Shown here: piece after piece, positions 27,881-37,293 of the stretch
How positions within the stretch are numbered: position 1 is the first letter of the stretch
How the letters are laid out: each line of letters begins with the position of its first letter
Assembly (NCBI GenBank): GCA_046598345.1
Contig: JBKJIT010000004.1
Coordinates: forward strand, 329,226-393,225
From: Minisyncoccia bacterium
Lineage (GTDB): Bacteria; Patescibacteriota; Minisyncoccia; Phycocordibacterales; UBA918
Direction of reading: 5' to 3'
DNA: 64,000 nucleotides
Notes under the pieces: model-generated
Databases searched by the model: none
What the model saw: the letters and a program-made list of their open reading frames with translations, nothing else
Told to the model about the DNA's origin: nothing
Position numbers and translations under genes: made by a program

Positions 27881-29995
27881 ATGAAAAAGTTACTCGTCAG
27901 CTGTTTGCTTTTATTAGTTGTTGCACAAACTATTACTCATACACCATTGCTCTTTGCACAAGGAGATGATGGGGGTGGCAGTGATGGCGCTCAGGGCACT
28001 GGAGCGGATTCAAGTGGCACGTCAGGAAGTAGTGGTAGCGACGGAGGCAACGCAGCGGGCTCAACTGCAGCTGGAGCGGCAAGTACGAGTGGCGGAGATT
28101 CAGGATCAGGTGATGGAACTACTGGCAATGGGGCAGGAAGTAGTTCTTGTGACAATTGCTTTATAACCAAATTTCTTACCTATAAAACACGGGATTTCCA
28201 GGTACTCATTTTACAAAAGTTCCTGAACTTAGATTCACGAACTGCACTTAAAGTTGCCGCCGGTTCTGAGGGTTCTCCGGGTAAGGAAACTGATTACTTC
28301 GGACCAGCTACTGTAGACGCGGTACAGCGATTTCAAATGCTGCAGGCGTGTACAAATACAGATGGAGTGTATGGTGATGTAGATGGCTGCACACGACTGA
28401 AAATTAATGAAATGATTGCCGCAAATCCTGCCTTCAAAGCGGTAGTGGAGAAGCTCTATGCTGATTACGCCAAAGTCTACATCATTGCTCCTACAGGAAG
28501 CTCTGCAAGTAATAACGGGGTCTGTACAGAAGTCGGGAAGCCACTTACCGTTGCCTATAGTTGGCAAAATAATGCACCGGTAATGACCGGGGTTCAAGTC
28601 AAGATAATTCAGCGTTTCCTAAATGTAAAAGGTTTCCCTGTTGCTGCGTCGGGTGATGGATCAATGGGGCGCGAAACAGAAAATTATGGACGCCTCACCG
28701 CAGTTGCTGTTGAGCAATTTCAGAAAAGCCCACAGTACCAGGCTCTATACCCTGGATACGAAGGACTTGGTATCATGACGAGCTGCACGAGACGATTTAT
28801 GAATGATGCTATAAGCAAAGATACGGCGCTCCGTGCTTACGTGCAGAGCGTGTACGGTGGCTCGAATGCATATACTGAACTCCCTACCAACTCTTCAGGA
28901 AGTGGAGTGAATGTACCTGAGATTTGTACTGCGACAATAACAACGCCTATGAGTGAGGGTAGCTGTGATGCAGGCCTAGCAAATGCAAGTTGTACTCGGT
29001 ATGTGTCTGGGAGAGGTGTCTCTGTTCTACAACGACACCTTATGGACACCCGTGCACTCACCGGGATTACCTCTCCAACTGGACTCTTTGGCCCACTTAC
29101 CGCAGGAGCTGTTGCCACTATTCGGACAGGAGCAGAGTCAATTATTCAAGTTGAGAGTACCTATTCAGATTCACTTGTCGATACTGATTCAAAAGTACTC
29201 GATGGGAAAAAGCTTGAAGCACTTCGGGAGACTGCAAACTGTCCCTCCGGTGCGACAACCGGTGTCATCCAAAGTGCTGCCGGATCAGGATCCAGTCCTG
29301 TTTTAACAGCTGTACCTCCCGCTAATCAGTCGAGTGTTGCATCGACTCCACACAATGTAGGCGACACCTGTATTCCTGGAGACAAAGGATTCACACCCAT
29401 GGGATTGCGCGTGATCTGTAGTGAAGACAGATACTACGTCCTCTGTAGTTTTGGTCCTCAAACGAACATCGACATTGGAACCTATGCAGCCTGGTGCATT
29501 GATAAAAACCCAGCTCAAAAAATTGCTGAGCTAAGCGTCAATCCGCCCGATGGAACATGTCCAGCTGGAGCCTCTTTCTGTAAAAGCATTAAAATCGCCT
29601 CACTCCCAAGTGGCATAAGTTCTGTCTATGTATTTAGACGTGATGCAGAGCGTTTCCCAACTAAAGGCGGTGCCTGGTTTATGATTGCTGCTCGTGAGGG
29701 CGATACGGACCTTGCTGACTTCCCCATTGTTCCTAGTGGAGCGTACTCTGTCTCATTCGAGCTATACACGAGTATTGGATATAATGCCGGAAACTCTCCT
29801 GTCGGAAGTCCGCTTGCGAGTGTGCGTGTAAACGTTGACGAACCAGAAGAAGGTGACGTGTGTGTTCCTCCGTACACCACCGTTGATAGTGGAGGTAATC
29901 GAATGATCTGTGACACGTCCGTCAGTCCCTCCAAATATCTTATCTGTGGATTTGGGGCGCTGAGTTCTGCACAATTTGCGCTTTGTAATCAGTAG
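27881..29995 (+). CDS. Secreted protein with three peptidoglycan-binding-like repeats and Cys-rich modules
   Basis: LQKFLN...ETDYFGPATVDAVQRFQ, IQRFLN...YGRLTAVAVEQFQ and LQRHL...FGPLTAGAV; Gly/Ser-rich linker. Confidence 0.8.
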   Translation: MKKLLVSCLLLLVVAQTITHTPLLFAQGDDGGGSDGAQGTGADSSGTSGSSGSDGGNAAGSTAAGAASTSGGDSGSGDGTTGNGAGSSSCDNCFITKFLTYKTRDFQVLILQKFLNLDSRTALKVAAGSEGSPGKETDYFGPATVDAVQRFQMLQACTNTDGVYGDVDGCTRLKINEMIAANPAFKAVVEKLYADYAKVYIIAPTGSSASNNGVCTEVGKPLTVAYSWQNNAPVMTGVQVKIIQRFLNVKGFPVAASGDGSMGRETENYGRLTAVAVEQFQKSPQYQALYPGYEGLGIMTSCTRRFMNDAISKDTALRAYVQSVYGGSNAYTELPTNSSGSGVNVPEICTATITTPMSEGSCDAGLANASCTRYVSGRGVSVLQRHLMDTRALTGITSPTGLFGPLTAGAVATIRTGAESIIQVESTYSDSLVDTDSKVLDGKKLEALRETANCPSGATTGVIQSAAGSGSSPVLTAVPPANQSSVASTPHNVGDTCIPGDKGFTPMGLRVICSEDRYYVLCSFGPQTNIDIGTYAAWCIDKNPAQKIAELSVNPPDGTCPAGASFCKSIKIASLPSGISSVYVFRRDAERFPTKGGAWFMIAAREGDTDLADFPIVPSGAYSVSFELYTSIGYNAGNSPVGSPLASVRVNVDEPEEGDVCVPPYTTVDSGGNRMICDTSVSPSKYLICGFGALSSAQFALCNQ

Positions 29996-30001
29996 AGGGA
30001 G

Positions 30002-30048
30002 AAAGTATAAACACCCGCCGGGCGAAGCCCGGCGGGTGTTTATACTTT
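30002..30048 (-). repeat. Long perfect hairpin, family B, inverted relative to 27775; probable bidirectional terminator
   Basis: aaagtataaacacccgccgggc-gaa-gcccggcgggtgtttatacttt. Confidence 0.85.
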
Positions 30049-30072
30049 TATTTTTCCCTGTTTTCTCCTCCC

Positions 30073-30498
30073 TTATTTTATATACACCGTCGCGAGCACA
30101 CCAAGTGTCACCAACGTACCACCGAGCACGTTTCCAAGCGTTGGTTTCTCAGCAAGAAATACAAACGCAAGAATGATTGTGAGTGCAATCGAGAGTTTAT
30201 CAATAGGCGCAACACGCGATACTTCCCCGAGTTGAAGTGCCTTATAATAAAACATCCACGAGAGTCCTGTTGCTAGAGCAGAGAGAAAAATAAAGATGTA
30301 TGAAAACTTGGAAATCTTAAACATGTCCGCCCAATTTCCCTGAATGAGCACAATACCCCATGCAAAAACCACAATAACAATTGTACGTAGCGCAACTGCT
30401 AGATTACTATCAACTCCCTTGATGCCAATCTTGCCGAAAATCGCAACAAGCGAAGCGAAGACTGCAGATAAAAGTGCGTACACTGCCCAACTCATCAA
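30073..30498 (-). CDS. EamA/DMT family small transporter
   Basis: AIFGKIGIKGVDSNLA and YYKALQLGEVSRVAPIDKLS motifs. Confidence 0.9.
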   Translation of the reverse strand: MMSWAVYALLSAVFASLVAIFGKIGIKGVDSNLAVALRTIVIVVFAWGIVLIQGNWADMFKISKFSYIFIFLSALATGLSWMFYYKALQLGEVSRVAPIDKLSIALTIILAFVFLAEKPTLGNVLGGTLVTLGVLATVYIK

Positions 30499-30604
30499 GA
30501 AAGTATACCGTACTTATAACCCGTCAGACAGGTACTGTGTGAAATTGCAAGAAGACCGTATAAAAGCGTGATACGTGGTATTGACATGTGTAATAAGTGG
30601 TGTA

Positions 30605-30622
30605 CCACAGGGTAACCCTGTG
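30605..30622. repeat. Palindrome, family C
   Basis: ccacagggtaaccctg is identical over 16 bp to the reverse complement of 45770..45785. Confidence 0.65.
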
Positions 30623-30679
30623 TCTATAGAGCGTTTGAGTGTCGCAATCAACGAAGGAGATGGCGGCTTAGTGTAAGTC

Positions 30680-31237
30680 CTAACGGTCTGGGTAGATTTG
30701 ACGATGTCCCGACCCATCATCCGGTCCAATTACTCCACGTTCTTCTAAAAGATCCATCAACGCTCCCGCACGAGATGAGCCAATATTAAATTTTCGCTGT
30801 AAGAAAGAGACAGAGACTTTTTTTGTTGTTACAACAACTTGCCTAGCCTCCTCATAGAGATTCTCAAGCTGCATATCCTTAGACCACGGTGAAGGAATTC
30901 CGCCTGGCTCAGTGCGACCATAAATTTCTCGTTCCACATCCATAAGTACCGTTATTCCAACCATTTGTTCATTCGGAATAGGTGCAATAATTTCAACTTT
31001 CTTATTTTCAAGTGCAAAACGTAGATCATCTTCAAAGCTGCGGATCACATGCATGCGCACCGGCATAGTGGGCCGAACAAAGAAACACAATCCATCAGGG
31101 AAGATCTTTACTTCTTGAATTTCGATGGAGACGCCAAACGCATCAAAAGTGTTACGGACTATGGCAGAAAGTTCATTCAGCCGTATTTCCGGATGATGCT
31201 TTGCGATGACTTCTACACTATTCGTCTTCTGCCTCAT
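30680..31237 (-). CDS. FtsK alpha-domain + gamma-domain protein lacking the ATPase motor
   Basis: Alpha-like TFDAFGV...DDLRFAL...IIAPIPNEQMVGI; gamma-like LYEEA...SVSFLQRKFNIGSSRAGALMDLLEERGVIGP; no Walker A. Confidence 0.8.
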   Translation of the reverse strand: MRQKTNSVEVIAKHHPEIRLNELSAIVRNTFDAFGVSIEIQEVKIFPDGLCFFVRPTMPVRMHVIRSFEDDLRFALENKKVEIIAPIPNEQMVGITVLMDVEREIYGRTEPGGIPSPWSKDMQLENLYEEARQVVVTTKKVSVSFLQRKFNIGSSRAGALMDLLEERGVIGPDDGSGHRQIYPDR

Positions 31238-31360
31238 ACAGCAATTATACACCTTCGCTTTTTATGCAAACGCGTAAGTCAGAAAAGTGTTTATAACTTA
31301 CCTCCCATTGTCAAAAAATATATTGAGATTCCTTGTTTTTATCTTTCCACAGTCTTCGCA

Positions 31361-31880
31361 TCATGAAGATGAAGTAAGTACAAATCTGAGTCTTTTCTTG
31401 GCCCATTCTTTTGCGTATCCCACTCCAATTCGTGGAGTTCGGTGAATTCTTACGGTCGTTTCTTTCTTTGGTTCTTCAATCCACAAACCTGTCATCCGCC
31501 CAAGTTTTCTACCATTCAAGCTCCGCGTAATGCCGAGCCCTCGAGTGAGTTTTCCTGGTCCATCGTATGGACCTACGCCTCGAATAAGTACCGCTGCGGG
31601 GTACTCCTTTCTACTCGTCACTACATTGAGGAGTTCGTACATTCCGTAGATAAGGTACACATAGATCGTTCCCGCTTCGCTGTAGAGCGTCTCCGTGCGT
31701 TTGGTACGCCCTTTTGATGCGTGGCAGGCCAGGTCGTGCGGACCCATGTACGCTTCTGTTTCGGTGATGATGTGCCGTTCTATCTTTCCCTCCTTTTTCA
31801 CACAGATAATCATACCGAGTAGCTCTCTCGCCACAATGTCTGCGGGGACGATTAAAAAACGGGTCTGTAAGTATGACCAT
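31361..31880 (-). pseudogene. mpg: DNA-3-methyladenine glycosylase (MPG/AAG) with a +1 frameshift near the 5' end
   Basis: ITETEAY, YVYLIYGM, AAVLIRG, GPGKLT and TPRIG motifs; the N-terminal MVILTDPFFNRP lies in another frame, joined at G4 31844..31847. Confidence 0.8.
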
Positions 31881-31915
31881 ATGCTGAGACTATACCAAAG
31901 AGAAACCTAAGAAGA

Positions 31916-32188
31916 CTATTCAGCAGGTTGTGGCTCTGTAGCGACAATAGTTGGAGTAGACTCCAATACTTCCTTCTTCTTTCCTCTTACCCTCTCCACC
32001 ACCCGATCAACAAACAAGAGTCGGATTCCAAATAGTTCAAGTCCGAGTACGAGAAAAATAATGCCTGGCATGATTGGCATGATGAGCCCCAATACACCCC
32101 CTACAATCAAGAGGACTCCGGCGATTCGCCTGAGTGTGGGACGGTCCAAAGTGTATTGTTTAGCTCTTTTATACATGTTGTTAACCAA
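31916..32188 (-). CDS. Small membrane protein (PGPGW-like)
   Basis: GVLGLIMPIMPGIIFLVLGL. Confidence 0.65.
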   Translation of the reverse strand: MVNNMYKRAKQYTLDRPTLRRIAGVLLIVGGVLGLIMPIMPGIIFLVLGLELFGIRLLFVDRVVERVRGKKKEVLESTPTIVATEPQPAE

Positions 32189-32317
32189 GGTGACGGTAAG
32201 GTACTTCCTTTCTTACCAAGTATGCCCTTATAACGTGAAAAAGTTGAAAAAGTAACACTTTTTTCGTTTTTGCTCTATACTTTCCTTCGGAAAAACAAAC
32301 CGGGGATGGAGGTTAGC

Positions 32318-32728
32318 ATGAAGAGCTGGGTCATTCTGGAAGTTTTAGGAGCAAAGCATGTTCGGCTACTTACCGCTCTCGCTGAATATTGGGGTGGGCG
32401 AACCAAGTTAAAACCACAGATCCAAGAGCTACGCGACTGGATTAGGTTTCACTACCACAAGGAATATTCTGGGAGGACGCTTGATCGTCTTGGAATGGAA
32501 CTGCAATTTCTTGGCCTCATTCGATGTGTTCACCTGGGGCCAAGCGCAATAATCCTGTGCATCACCAGAGAGGGCTGCGAGGTACTGAAACGCATTAGAC
32601 ATCTTAACCAGATTTACCGACTGTATGGCATCATGCCTAACCCATGGATGAAGTACTTACGCGCGAGTGAAAGTCCGAACATTCCTATCAAACGGACTTC
32701 AGACCACACTATTACCCATTCCTCATAA
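32318..32728 (+). CDS. Hypothetical protein, possibly winged-helix (ORFan with SD)
   Basis: GGAGG before ATG 32318; ELQFLGLI...ITREG wing-like motif; terminator at 32733..32759. Confidence 0.55.
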   Translation: MKSWVILEVLGAKHVRLLTALAEYWGGRTKLKPQIQELRDWIRFHYHKEYSGRTLDRLGMELQFLGLIRCVHLGPSAIILCITREGCEVLKRIRHLNQIYRLYGIMPNPWMKYLRASESPNIPIKRTSDHTITHSS

Positions 32729-32742
32729 CCTTGGCGCCTTCT

Positions 32743-33165
32743 CTAAGAAGGCGCTTTTTGTTCCTCCGGTCCCACCCACATAAACGGGTTGTAGCACACC
32801 TCCCACAGGAACCCATCAGGATCTGAAAAATATCCTGTAAAACCACCCCATGACGTATCTGCTGGCTCGCGCGTAATTACAACTCCCTTCTTCCGGATCA
32901 TTTCGAAAAACTGTTCAACTTCCTCTTTTGAAGCAAGATTGTGGGAAAGCGAAAAGGTGCCCGTGCCCAATCGTTCGGTTCTTGCTTCTTCCATGAGTTC
33001 CTCTTTTTTGAAAAGACTAAGCCAGGTCCCACGGAGTTCAAAAAATGCCACGCTGCCTTCAACACTATTCGGACTAAGTACCAGTCCAAGCACATCAGTA
33101 TAAAATTCCACTGAACGACGCACATCTCCTACCCCTAACGTGATCAAGCTTATACGTGGATCCAT
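32743..33165 (-). CDS. VOC/glyoxalase family protein
   Basis: ISLITLGVGDV and WGGFTGYFSDPDGFLWEV motifs. Confidence 0.92.
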   Translation of the reverse strand: MDPRISLITLGVGDVRRSVEFYTDVLGLVLSPNSVEGSVAFFELRGTWLSLFKKEELMEEARTERLGTGTFSLSHNLASKEEVEQFFEMIRKKGVVITREPADTSWGGFTGYFSDPDGFLWEVCYNPFMWVGPEEQKAPS

Positions 33166-33192
33166 ATCTAATAAGTATAGGTGATTGCTGTA

Positions 33193-35031
33193 TTATTTTC
33201 TACGCATCGAATCCTCATTGCTTGTAAATGCCTCTAGAAAAAACGCAACAGACTTTTGGAGGAGTTTTTTCTGGTTTGCGGGATTACTAATCCCGTGCCC
33301 CTCATCATTAAACACTAACTTCTCATAGAGAATTCCTTCTGCTTGTAACTTCGCTTCAACTACCGCCACGTTTTCCATGGTTACATTCGGATCCTGGAGA
33401 CCCTGCACAATAAGAAGTTTCCCTTCAATGTTTTCCGTGAAATTAATAGGCGAAGCGTTTTTATACCGTAGAGGCACGTCCGTAGGTGAACCTCCCATCA
33501 TCTCTTCACTGTAATTCCTGAGATCGGGTCGCGTTGATTCATAATCAACTACGAGATCGGTCATTCCACAGATCGGAATTGCTGCAGCAATAAACTCCTT
33601 CTTGAAGTGCGTAATTGCGTGCCACGAGGAATATCCGCCGTACGATGTACCAGTGATCCCCACTTTCCCTTCCTCAGCAATTCCATCCTCTATGAGGGAC
33701 TTAATGCCTAGAAGTATGTCGGTTTGCTCCTTCCCTCCCCATCCCTCTTCTTTTATTGATTCTTCAAATGCGAGCCCGTATCCCGTACTGCCGCGATAGT
33801 TAGGATCGAGAACCACAAACCCTTCTGAAACAAAATACTGAATGTCGAGATCCCACATATCTTCACTGTGATACGTGGGGCCGCCATGCACAAATACGAT
33901 CGTACCCACTGCTGTTCCCTTCGGTTGGTACAACCATCCTTCAATTGGCAGACCATCAATACCACTCCAACTGTATTTTTCGGCCTTCGCTAAATCCTCG
34001 GCTGCATATTCCACGCGGTCAAAGACCCGAGTAAGTGAGCGCACGATTTCACTATCACGGTGTACCACGAGGTCAGTGGGCAATGTGGAATGATAGCGGA
34101 GACTAATCCATGTACGCGGTGCCAGTTCACCGAGTGGTGAAATCGTGCGCAAACCTTGAAGTGTCTCTTCTTCAAGCGTAGCAGGATCGATCAGGATAGG
34201 TGTGTGCTCTCCGTGCGTTAATACGTCAATGAGTACCTGCTCAGAGCCCGTAGGTACGTACGCATCTTCAATGTTTCGTGTTGGATCATCCTGAATCCAC
34301 ACTATTGAACTGTCTGAAAGTTTCCATAATCCTACTTTGCGATGGGTATCTGCCTCAACAAGAAAAACCACTTCCTTTCCATTTGGGTGCCACGAAGCAC
34401 TCACCTTGATGTCATCACCAAAATTAAGAATCTCACGATCTTCTTTTCCTTCGATATCAACGAGCCAAATCTGTTCTCCATTCGCATGAAGATCATTTCG
34501 CTCGTAGATAATGTGTGTCCCACCTTGATTGAGTTCGGGCCACATGTATCCTGGCTTCTCTGGTCGCGCGAGTACCGTTCGCGTTCCCGTCACGAGATCA
34601 TGTTTGTACACCAAGGTTGATTCAATTTCTTGTTTTGTTTCAAAATCATAGTTTGCACCGTACACAAGGAAGCGTCCGTCTCTAGTAATTTGCCCACCAC
34701 GTACAAAGTACTCAGGATGTTCTTCATTGAGTGGAGTGACTGTGCCGGTCAGAACCTCAACAGTATAGAGACGATGTCGTTCATCTCCATCATAGTCATG
34801 ACTTACGACGAGAGTTTGGTTATCTTCAGTCCAGGAAATGATAGATGTTTTTTGTCCAAAATCGGTGAGTCTGCGTGGAGCTTCCACTATGTCAGTGCGC
34901 GCTACGTATGCATCCGGATGTTCACCAATTCCTGCCCAGACCCATGCAACCTGGGCACAATCATGGCTTACCATTGCCTGCGAAAGCCTCGGGGTCTTGA
35001 GAAGCGCGTCAAGTGTGTTGGATTTTTCCAT
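33193..35031 (-). CDS. S9 family (prolyl oligopeptidase/acylaminoacyl) peptidase
   Basis: VHGGP, PNYRGSTGYG, GTSYGG, QDPNV and EGHG motifs. Confidence 0.93.
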   Translation of the reverse strand: MEKSNTLDALLKTPRLSQAMVSHDCAQVAWVWAGIGEHPDAYVARTDIVEAPRRLTDFGQKTSIISWTEDNQTLVVSHDYDGDERHRLYTVEVLTGTVTPLNEEHPEYFVRGGQITRDGRFLVYGANYDFETKQEIESTLVYKHDLVTGTRTVLARPEKPGYMWPELNQGGTHIIYERNDLHANGEQIWLVDIEGKEDREILNFGDDIKVSASWHPNGKEVVFLVEADTHRKVGLWKLSDSSIVWIQDDPTRNIEDAYVPTGSEQVLIDVLTHGEHTPILIDPATLEEETLQGLRTISPLGELAPRTWISLRYHSTLPTDLVVHRDSEIVRSLTRVFDRVEYAAEDLAKAEKYSWSGIDGLPIEGWLYQPKGTAVGTIVFVHGGPTYHSEDMWDLDIQYFVSEGFVVLDPNYRGSTGYGLAFEESIKEEGWGGKEQTDILLGIKSLIEDGIAEEGKVGITGTSYGGYSSWHAITHFKKEFIAAAIPICGMTDLVVDYESTRPDLRNYSEEMMGGSPTDVPLRYKNASPINFTENIEGKLLIVQGLQDPNVTMENVAVVEAKLQAEGILYEKLVFNDEGHGISNPANQKKLLQKSVAFFLEAFTSNEDSMRRK

Positions 35032-35071
35032 AAGGGAAACATCTTAGCACTTTTTTCTCGATATTCACTTC

Positions 35072-35112
35072 TAGACACACCGGTCGCGACTTCGTCGCGA
35101 CCGGTGTGTCTA
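35072..35112. repeat. Long perfect hairpin (19-bp arms, TTC loop), family B-like
   Basis: tagacacaccggtcgcgac-ttc-gtcgcgaccggtgtgtcta. Confidence 0.8.
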
Positions 35113-35122
35113 TCCCTCTTAC

Positions 35123-35530
35123 TTAGGAAACTGTCTCGCCTTTTAGCGCTGTGCGCATCTTGTCCCAATACATACTACGCCACGAAGCATTAACGTGTTC
35201 GTATTCCTTCGCCGGCACCCCTATTTGAGTGAGCGTGAGACGTGTTCCAATACTTGCAGGAATGATTTCATATGTCACTTGCGAATAGTGTCCCTTGGGC
35301 CAATCCTTTTCCCGCCACTTTTGGCTAATCAGCATGTCCGGCAAAAGGTCGGTGTTAATCGCTTCAATCAATCCATCGTACGCCAAAACTTCCCCACCCA
35401 TCTTCCGACTAATTTCCGCGGGCTGGCCAGAAAAGGAGGCGTGCCTATCGCTATCCATGAGGAGCTCATAGACTTCGTGTGGTGTCGCATCTCTGAATGT
35501 CACTTCCTGATAGATATCTTTTGTTACCAT
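35123..35530 (-). CDS. SRPBCC/AHSA1 (START-like) domain protein
   Basis: ATPHEVYELL, QKWREKDWP, GTRLTLTQ and WRSMYW motifs. Confidence 0.85.
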   Translation of the reverse strand: MVTKDIYQEVTFRDATPHEVYELLMDSDRHASFSGQPAEISRKMGGEVLAYDGLIEAINTDLLPDMLISQKWREKDWPKGHYSQVTYEIIPASIGTRLTLTQIGVPAKEYEHVNASWRSMYWDKMRTALKGETVS

Positions 35531-35576
35531 ATAGATGTATGAGTAATTAATAAAAGTAAACTACTCCAACTATAGC

Positions 35577-35732
35577 AGTGAGTGAAGTGAGGATCAGGTG
35601 AAGGAGATTCAACGAGCGCAAGCGACTATGAATCTCCTTCCGTCTTTAAATTTTCCCTCAAAGAAAAATTAACAGACGCACACGGTCGAACGCTTACTTG
35701 CTCAATTTCCTGACAGAGAGAACGGACTCACT
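35577..35732. other. Nested multi-stem intergenic element (candidate ncRNA or MITE)
   Basis: Pairings agtgagt/actcact, tcagg/cctga, gaaggagattca/tgaatctccttc and cgtct/agacg. Confidence 0.45.
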
Positions 35733-36286
35733 CAGCTTGAATAGATAAGGAGTGTATTCCCGGAAGTATACTTTCTTGTTTCCTTGAGCGTAAATGTGTG
35801 AGGATGATCGATACCATTAAAAAGTGGCGTCCCTGCGCCAATCGCAACGGGGTTTACCATAATACGAAATTCGTCCACAAGCCCAGCCTTAAGCAAACTC
35901 ACCGTAAGTTCGTTACTGCCGAATATTGCAATATCTTTGCCTACGCTATTTTTAAGACCTCGAATAGTTTCCTCAACCTGTTCGTGAATAACCGTAACAT
36001 TTGCCCACCCCGGATCAAACGCTGTGTGAGCAATAGCATATTTCTGTGTGGTAGTCATAAAATCAGCAGTGATCGGGTCGGACTGTCGTGCTTCGTATGA
36101 TGGCCAGTAATTCACCATGAGATCGTATGTACGATGTCCCATGAGAATCGCATCCGTCGTTGTCGCATGCTCTTTGACGAGTTCCTGAAACTCTGGGTTA
36201 TCTGCGTTATGCCAAGATAGATCATGACCAACACCTTCAAAATACCCATCGAGGCTAACCATCATAAAAAGATAGAGCTTTCTCAT
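35732..36286 (-). CDS. Dihydrofolate reductase-like (RibD C-terminal) protein
   Basis: MMVSLDGY, ILMGHRTY and GLVDEFRIMVNPVAIGAG motifs. Confidence 0.9.
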   Translation of the reverse strand: MRKLYLFMMVSLDGYFEGVGHDLSWHNADNPEFQELVKEHATTTDAILMGHRTYDLMVNYWPSYEARQSDPITADFMTTTQKYAIAHTAFDPGWANVTVIHEQVEETIRGLKNSVGKDIAIFGSNELTVSLLKAGLVDEFRIMVNPVAIGAGTPLFNGIDHPHTFTLKETRKYTSGNTLLIYSS

Positions 36287-36364
36287 ACACATAATCATAC
36301 ACCCCTCGGTGCGCTAATTGAAGGGATTCTGCAATTCTAGAAAACTGCGAACGGAGCCGGGGAT

Positions 36365-36937
36365 TTACAATCGCCCTGTGACGATACCCTCGGCCACCAC
36401 CTCATGCTGAAAGACAGTACGCACCTTTAGAAAGAGCAAACCGGACACGATAAACATCACGATCCAGAATCCATTGAGAATACTTAGCTCCCCTATAGAT
36501 CGCATTGACGTGAATTGTACTCTCAGAACGCTAAAGGCGATGACCGGAATGAGTACCTGCGTAAATGCCATTCCAAAGAGTGTATACGCCATCCCTTGTG
36601 CTTGTAAGCGCGAGAGTAAAGCACCAAAAACAAGTATGAGAGGTATAAGGAGATACAACATATTAATATCTCCGTCACCAATAATACCGACAGCAGCATT
36701 TATCCAAATAAGCAGGAATGTCGAGATAGCCGTTACAGCGATGGCAAGCTTGTATAGAGGAGGGTTATTACTGGTGAGGACCAGTGTAATAGCGAGACTC
36801 ACGAAGGAAAACATCACCCAAGCGAACACGTAGTCAAACCCACTCCACTGCCAGCCTTCGACAAAAAATGATGCTAGTAACGGCACAAGGAGGAAGCCAG
36901 TAGAAACCCCGAGTGCTCGAATAATGTTGCTTTGCAT
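36365..36937 (-). CDS. Hypothetical integral membrane protein
   Basis: About six TM helices; FLLIWINAAVGIIG. Confidence 0.75.
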   Translation of the reverse strand: MQSNIIRALGVSTGFLLVPLLASFFVEGWQWSGFDYVFAWVMFSFVSLAITLVLTSNNPPLYKLAIAVTAISTFLLIWINAAVGIIGDGDINMLYLLIPLILVFGALLSRLQAQGMAYTLFGMAFTQVLIPVIAFSVLRVQFTSMRSIGELSILNGFWIVMFIVSGLLFLKVRTVFQHEVVAEGIVTGRL

Positions 36938-36987
36938 ACCTTCTGTAACTCAGAGCTTTCTTGAAAGTTTTAAAACGAGACCTGATC

Positions 36988-37236
36988 TTATCGATGTGGA
37001 CATCCTGCCCAGCAACACGGTCTTCGCTTTCCTTTTACAATATCAGACTGCAATCGTTCTATATGCTTTTCTCTGGTCTCTTGCTTTTTTACCGATATAG
37101 TCCAACAGATCCATTCGTTACGAGCAAGTGGAGTCAGATCATTCCACGCTTCAAGCAATGGATGTAAAGAAACAAGTACTTTTCGGAGATCCGTTGGCAC
37201 AGTATGTGCTACGCCAGAGGAAATTTTCTGAGTCAT
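36988..37236 (-). CDS. YdeI/OmpD-associated family protein
   Basis: VPTDL, LTPLARNEWICW and GKRRPCCWAGC motifs. Confidence 0.85.
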   Translation of the reverse strand: MTQKISSGVAHTVPTDLRKVLVSLHPLLEAWNDLTPLARNEWICWTISVKKQETREKHIERLQSDIVKGKRRPCCWAGCPHR

Positions 37237-37293
37237 GCAATAACTATACCAAAAAACGTATTACCAGTGGTCGTACTGTCTCAGTGAAAACTT

